Of a stretch of 64,000 nucleotides of DNA, positions 62,700-64,000 are shown one piece after another. Both the position numbers and the translations under genes were made by a program. Every line of letters begins with the position of its first letter. The stretch's first letter is position 1. The DNA is from an uncultured delta proteobacterium (lineage in GTDB: Bacteria > Desulfobacterota > Binatia > DP-6). The notes under the pieces are model-generated. The model was not told where the DNA came from, did not search any database, and worked only from the letters and a program-made list of their open reading frames with translations. The DNA lies in contig CAWFFN010000005.1 in assembly GCA_963815115.1 (NCBI GenBank), forward strand, positions 1,737,077 through 1,801,076, in the 5' to 3' direction.

Positions 62700-64000
62700 A
62701 TGGCCGAGAACGACGCCGTCCACGTCCTGACCGAGCAGGACCTGAATCGGCTCCAGCTGACCACGCTGCAGTACTACCTCCACGAGGCCAACCCGGAGAA
62801 CGGTCTCATCCGCGACAAGACCGAGAAGAGCGCACCGGCCAGCATCGCGGCGGTCGGGCTGGCGTTGGCCTCCCTTCCGATCCTCGTCGAGCGAGGAGTG
62901 GTCGCCCGGGAATTCGCGCCAGCGATCGCCTTGCGGAGGCTCCGATTCTTCCGCGACAGCCCGCACGGACCCGAGGCTGATGCGACCGGCTACAAGGGCT
63001 TCTACTATCACTTCCTCGACATGAAGACCGGTCGGCGCGTGTGGAACTGCGAGCTGTCGACCATCGACTCGGCCTTTCTCTTCGCGGGCATGCTCACCTG
63101 TGCGGCCTATTTCGACGGCGACGGCGAGGAGGAAGCGGAGGTACGACGTCTGGCCGACGAGCTCTACCGTCGAGCCGACTGGCGCTGGGCCCTCGACGGC
63201 GGGCCTGCGCTCTCCCACGGCTGGCGCCCGGAGAACGGTTTCATCCCGCACCGTTGGAAGGGCTACGACGAGGCCCTCCTCTTGTACATCCTCGGCCTCG
63301 GCTCGCCGAGCTTTCCGCTACCGGAAGAGAGCTATCGAGCATACACGTCGACCTACCAATGGAGGGAGATCTATGGGCGGGAGGTCCTCTACTCCGGCCC
63401 CTTGTTCACGCATCAGCTGTCCCAGCTCTGGATCGACTTCCGAGGCATTCGCGACGACTTCATGCGGGAACGCGGTACGGACTATTTCGAGAACAGCCGT
63501 CAGGCGACCTATGCGCATCGGGAGTATGCGATCCGCAACCCGCACGGCTTTGTCGGCTACGGGGAGCACTGCTGGGGGATCACGGCGTCGGACGGCCCGG
63601 GCTCGACGACCCGCAAAGTGGGAGGGGTCGAACGCCAGTTCTTCGACTACATCGCCCGCGGAGCGCCCGACGGCCCCGACGACGGAACGCTCGCACCCTG
63701 GGTCGTGCTCGCTTCGCTCCCCTTCGCGCCGGAGATCGTGATCCCGACCATCGACCACATGGCGCAGCTCAACGTCGGGGTGAGCAGCCGTTACGGCTTC
63801 AAGCCTTCGTTCAATCAGACCTTCGAAGTGCCCGAGAGCCCGACGGGCTGGTGGGTCACTCCCTACCACTTCGGCATCGACCAGGGCCCCGTGATCCTGA
63901 TGATCGAGAACTACCGCACGGGGTTGATCTGGAACATCATGCGCCGTTCGCCCCACATCGTGGCGGGACTGAGACGGGCCGGCTTCCGGGGCGGCTGGCT
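62700..64000 (+). CDS. Glycoamylase/GH144-like (beta-1,2-glucanase-related) glycoside hydrolase; runs off the window, absent from ORF track
   Basis: Hand translation: NGLIRDK, ASIAAVG, GYKGFYYHFLDM, ELSTIDSA, HGWRPE, GYDEA, WGITASDGP, GIDQGP..MIENYRTG. Confidence 0.88.
   Translation, partial: MAENDAVHVLTEQDLNRLQLTTLQYYLHEANPENGLIRDKTEKSAPASIAAVGLALASLPILVERGVVAREFAPAIALRRLRFFRDSPHGPEADATGYKGFYYHFLDMKTGRRVWNCELSTIDSAFLFAGMLTCAAYFDGDGEEEAEVRRLADELYRRADWRWALDGGPALSHGWRPENGFIPHRWKGYDEALLLYILGLGSPSFPLPEESYRAYTSTYQWREIYGREVLYSGPLFTHQLSQLWIDFRGIRDDFMRERGTDYFENSRQATYAHREYAIRNPHGFVGYGEHCWGITASDGPGSTTRKVGGVERQFFDYIARGAPDGPDDGTLAPWVVLASLPFAPEIVIPTIDHMAQLNVGVSSRYGFKPSFNQTFEVPESPTGWWVTPYHFGIDQGPVILMIENYRTGLIWNIMRRSPHIVAGLRRAGFRGGW

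Overview
High-GC bacterial DNA (roughly 70% by eye). Gene content suggests a deltaproteobacterium-like lineage such as Candidatus Binatota, but that is inference only. The window has two regimes. (1) About 1-42.6 kb is mostly intact core and accessory metabolism: sdhB, S1/P1 nuclease, CoA-transferase, nhaA, two TetR-controlled units with visible operators, an aromatic-catabolism-like operon, an orphan ParB-like gene, a PAS kinase, a deoxyhypusine-synthase-like gene, a CHAD + guanylate-kinase-like pair, a haloperoxidase and katG. (2) From about 42.62 kb, marked by a tRNA 3'-end fragment that looks like an att site, lies a probable genomic island. It holds hypoxia/dormancy-type genes (USPs, CBS, PRTase, pncB, Rv2004c-like kinase), several gene scars and an IS256-family element. 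It also holds the most striking unit, an operon behind a sigma54-type promoter: Cyc2-like cytochrome-porin fusion, monoheme cytochrome c, GltD-like FAD/NAD(P)/4Fe-4S oxidoreductase, Rieske protein, cytochrome b (APWY Qo motif) and a cytochrome c with at least five hemes. This could be an outer-membrane-to-NAD(P) electron conduit. Genes from about 40 to 61 kb carry many single-base indels that look like long-read consensus errors, so coordinates there are approximate. No CRISPR array, rRNA or intact tRNA was seen.
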